Origin: an uncultured bacterium
Lineage (GTDB): Bacteria > Verrucomicrobiota > Verrucomicrobiia > Limisphaerales > UBA8199
NCBI GenBank assembly: GCA_963749495.1
Contig: CAVVMW010000004.1
Location: forward strand, 96,001-160,000
Length of the DNA stretch: 64,000 bases
Direction of reading: 5' to 3'
Shown here: one piece after another, positions 61,685-64,000 of the stretch
Layout of the letters: every line of letters begins with the position of its first letter
Numbering within the stretch: the stretch's first letter is position 1
Position numbers and translations under genes: made by a program
The notes under the pieces: generated by a model
Seen by the model: only the letters and a program-made list of their open reading frames with translations
Database searches by the model: none
Told to the model about the DNA's origin: nothing

Positions 61685-63303
61685 CTACCCAATCCTCAGC
61701 CACACCGTCTTGAGATAGGCCGGCTCGGAACGGCAGACCGGGAAGTCCGGGGCCTGGGGGACATAGTGGCGGAGGAGGATCGGCCTGCGGGCAGCCTGGA
61801 TGGGCTGGATAACGGCAGCGAGGAATTGTTCCGGGGCCCAATCGGCGGCATTGGTCGAGGCAAAAAGCACACCGCCTGGGCGCAACAGTGGCAGGGCCGT
61901 GTTGACAAGCCGGCCATAGTCCTTCTGGGCTTTGAACACTCCGGATTCTTTGGATCGGGAGAAGGTGGGCGGGTCGAGCAGGATGAGGTCGAAGCGCCGC
62001 CCTTTTCGCTCGAGCCGGCGCAGCCAATCAAAGGCATCGCCGCAGAGGAATTCATGGCGGTGCGGGTCGAGTTGGTTGAGTGTGAAGTTGCGCCGGCCCC
62101 AGGCGAGGCATTTCCTGGAGAGATCGAGGCTGGTCGTGCGCGACCCTGTCTTTGCGGCGCAGAGGGCGAACCCGCAGGTATAGGCGAAGGTATTCAGGAC
62201 GGCGCCGCCAACCGGTTCCTGGAGGGAGAACCCCGGGGCAATATATCCGGTGAGGAGCCGGCGCCGGTTGTCGCGCTGGTCCAGGAACAGGCCCACGGAA
62301 TAGCCTTCGCGGAAGCTGATCTCGAACTGCAGCCCGTTTTCACGGACGGCAAATCGCTCCGGGGGCGGCTCTCCCAAGATCGGCTCGGGCGATGCCAGGG
62401 CCGGGACAGCGCGGCGCGCGTGCCGCGTCAGGACCTTGTGAGAGGCCCCGCGCGCGGAGAGCAACTTCATCAGCCGGGCCAATTCCGCCAGTTGGGTCGA
62501 GGTCGGCGCCCGTTGGCCCTGGGACAACAGGTAGTCGCCATACCGCTCGACGTACCACTCCGGCCGGCCATCGGCCGCGCCGTGGATGACCCGCCAGGCG
62601 TTGGTCGCCTCGGGATCGATCAGCGCCAGGCGTGGAGCCAGCCGCGCCTGAGCGGCCGTTTCCCACGCGGGCGGGGCGCGAAAGGTAATCTGTTGCCCGG
62701 TGCTCGGATGATCCAGTGCCATCTGCGCGGCGTGCAGATAGACCCGCGGCGCCGGAGTGCCCCCGTAGAGCACATCACCCAGGACCGGGAACCCGTGCTT
62801 GGCCGCGTGCGCGCGAATCTGGTGGGTGCGGCCGGTCAGCGGCTCTGCCTCGACCAGGTGGCAGGCGCCCAGGCCGGCGCAGGCCCCGCGCCGGGAGCGG
62901 CCCCCCCGGCCCGCCGGAACCGGGTCTGCGCAACCGCCGCCCCCGCGACGACCGGCCGGCTCACGTATCGCTCACCCGCCCGCGCGAGCGCGCTGGTGAC
63001 CGTAGTCTCCTTTTCGGGAGGCGCCCGGTCGGTCAGGAAGAGGTATTTCTTACGGACCGTGCGGCGGGTGAATTGCTCGGTCAGGGAGCGATTGGCCAGA
63101 GAGGTCTTCGAGAAGACGACCAGGCCGGAGGTCTCTTTGTCGAGCCGGTGGATAATCGCCAGCGAGGCCCAGCGCGGCTCGCGGTTGCGCAGCCACTCGT
63201 AGAGCCCCTCGCCCGCGTAGGGGCTGGGCGCGTGGGTGTTCAGGCCGGCAGGCTTGTTGACCACCAGCAGGTCGTCATCCTCATGGACCAGGCACGGCAA
63301 CAC
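61685..63303 (-). CDS. RluA-family pseudouridine synthase fused to an RlmI/RlmK-type SAM methyltransferase (frameshift near 62900)
   Basis: VNKPAG and HRLDKETSG; then TGRTHQIRAH, GD.LYG and LHA continue in one frame into GLFLDQR, VLNTFAYT and ILLDPPTF. Confidence 0.85.
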
Positions 63304-63339
63304 GGCAACTGACTCAAGTCATTTAGTCCAAGGTTCAAT

Positions 63340-63428
63340 AGTGTCCAGTGTCGAGTGTCGAGTGTCGAGTGCCGCGCATTCGTCATTCGTCATTCGTCAT
63401 TCGTCATTGCCCACTCCGCACTCGGCAC
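63340..63428. repeat. Heptamer arrays (gtgtcga)n, (cattcgt)n, (cactccg)n
   Basis: Visible directly. Confidence 0.85.
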
Positions 63429-64000
63429 TTACCAAAAGTGCCACGCCCCTCTCGCAGCCACCCAGAGGCCGAGCAGGAGGTTGGTGAGGGCGTGGGCGGT
63501 GATGGCATCTCCCAGGCGGTCCTTGCGCAGGACCAACCCTTGATAGGCCATGGCGCACAGGATCGCCGCCACCCAGCGATCGGGGTGTACCAGCCCGAAG
63601 AGGAGCGCGGTCACCACGAATGACAGGGCATGAAACTGCTTGAAGGGCATGGCGCGGAAATCCGTGTTGACCATGTAGCGGTAGAGAAACGAACGGTAGA
63701 AGACCTCCTCGATCGGCGGCACCACCAGCGTCGAGCCCGCTATCCGCCCGGCCACGCACAGCCAGGCCGCAGCCGAGGCCCGGCCATACTCGCGCAGGGG
63801 GTTCCAGCCCCCCCCGGGCTCGACCTTGCTCAGCCGCGGGTATTGGCCGTCCAGGCCGACCCAGAGCGCGAAGACCGCCACCCCGACGGCCACCGCCTCC
63901 CAACTGAATCTCCAGCGCATCTCCTGGACGCAGGGGCGCATCTGCCAGATCAACCACGCTCCCACCGCGGTCTTCACCAGGTAGAGCCAATACTCGGAGC
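63429..64000 (-). CDS. CAAX prenyl protease-related (CPBP/Abi) membrane protein, 5'-partial
   Basis: VVPPIEEVFYRSFL, FGLVH, AH..TN.LLG motifs. Confidence 0.88.
   Translation of the reverse strand, partial: SEYWLYLVKTAVGAWLIWQMRPCVQEMRWRFSWEAVAVGVAVFALWVGLDGQYPRLSKVEPGGGWNPLREYGRASAAAWLCVAGRIAGSTLVVPPIEEVFYRSFLYRYMVNTDFRAMPFKQFHALSFVVTALLFGLVHPDRWVAAILCAMAYQGLVLRKDRLGDAITAHALTNLLLGLWVAARGAWHFW

Overview
GC-rich bacterial chromosome segment. The gene content and style (DUF1559-type prepilin, LamG/Ig protein with a C-terminal FYR motif, ECF sigma with a long C-terminal extension, Bat genes) suggest Verrucomicrobiota/PVC; this is inference. The window starts in the 5' end of dnaA, which the ORF track misses, with DnaA boxes upstream. 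It then carries glnB, a candidate sRNA, an AbiE toxin-antitoxin pair, mlaEFD, a type IIG-like R-M fusion plus an ABC-type ATPase directly before fabD-fabG-acpP-fabF, batCDE-like genes, fabI, a hoxEFUYH hydrogenase operon, a Gld-like ABC/DUF4340/AsmA cluster, an HtrA-type protease and DUF2851. After DUF2851 lies an ~10 kb accessory region (43.8-54 kb) with duplicated pieces of DUF2851, orphan antitoxins with destroyed PIN toxins, an ECF sigma system, an unknown gene pair between 112-bp direct repeats, and a Fic gene carrying an in-frame CTAG-flanked mini-element. The most unusual signal is a dense layer of small repeat DNA: 7-, 9- and 12-bp tandem arrays (often as inverted pairs), REP-like hairpins and MITE-like elements. 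Several of these appear to be translated inside proteins or to preserve translational coupling. Many genes, including fabD, have single-base frameshifts, probably long-read assembly errors. All family assignments come from motif recognition by eye, not database searches.
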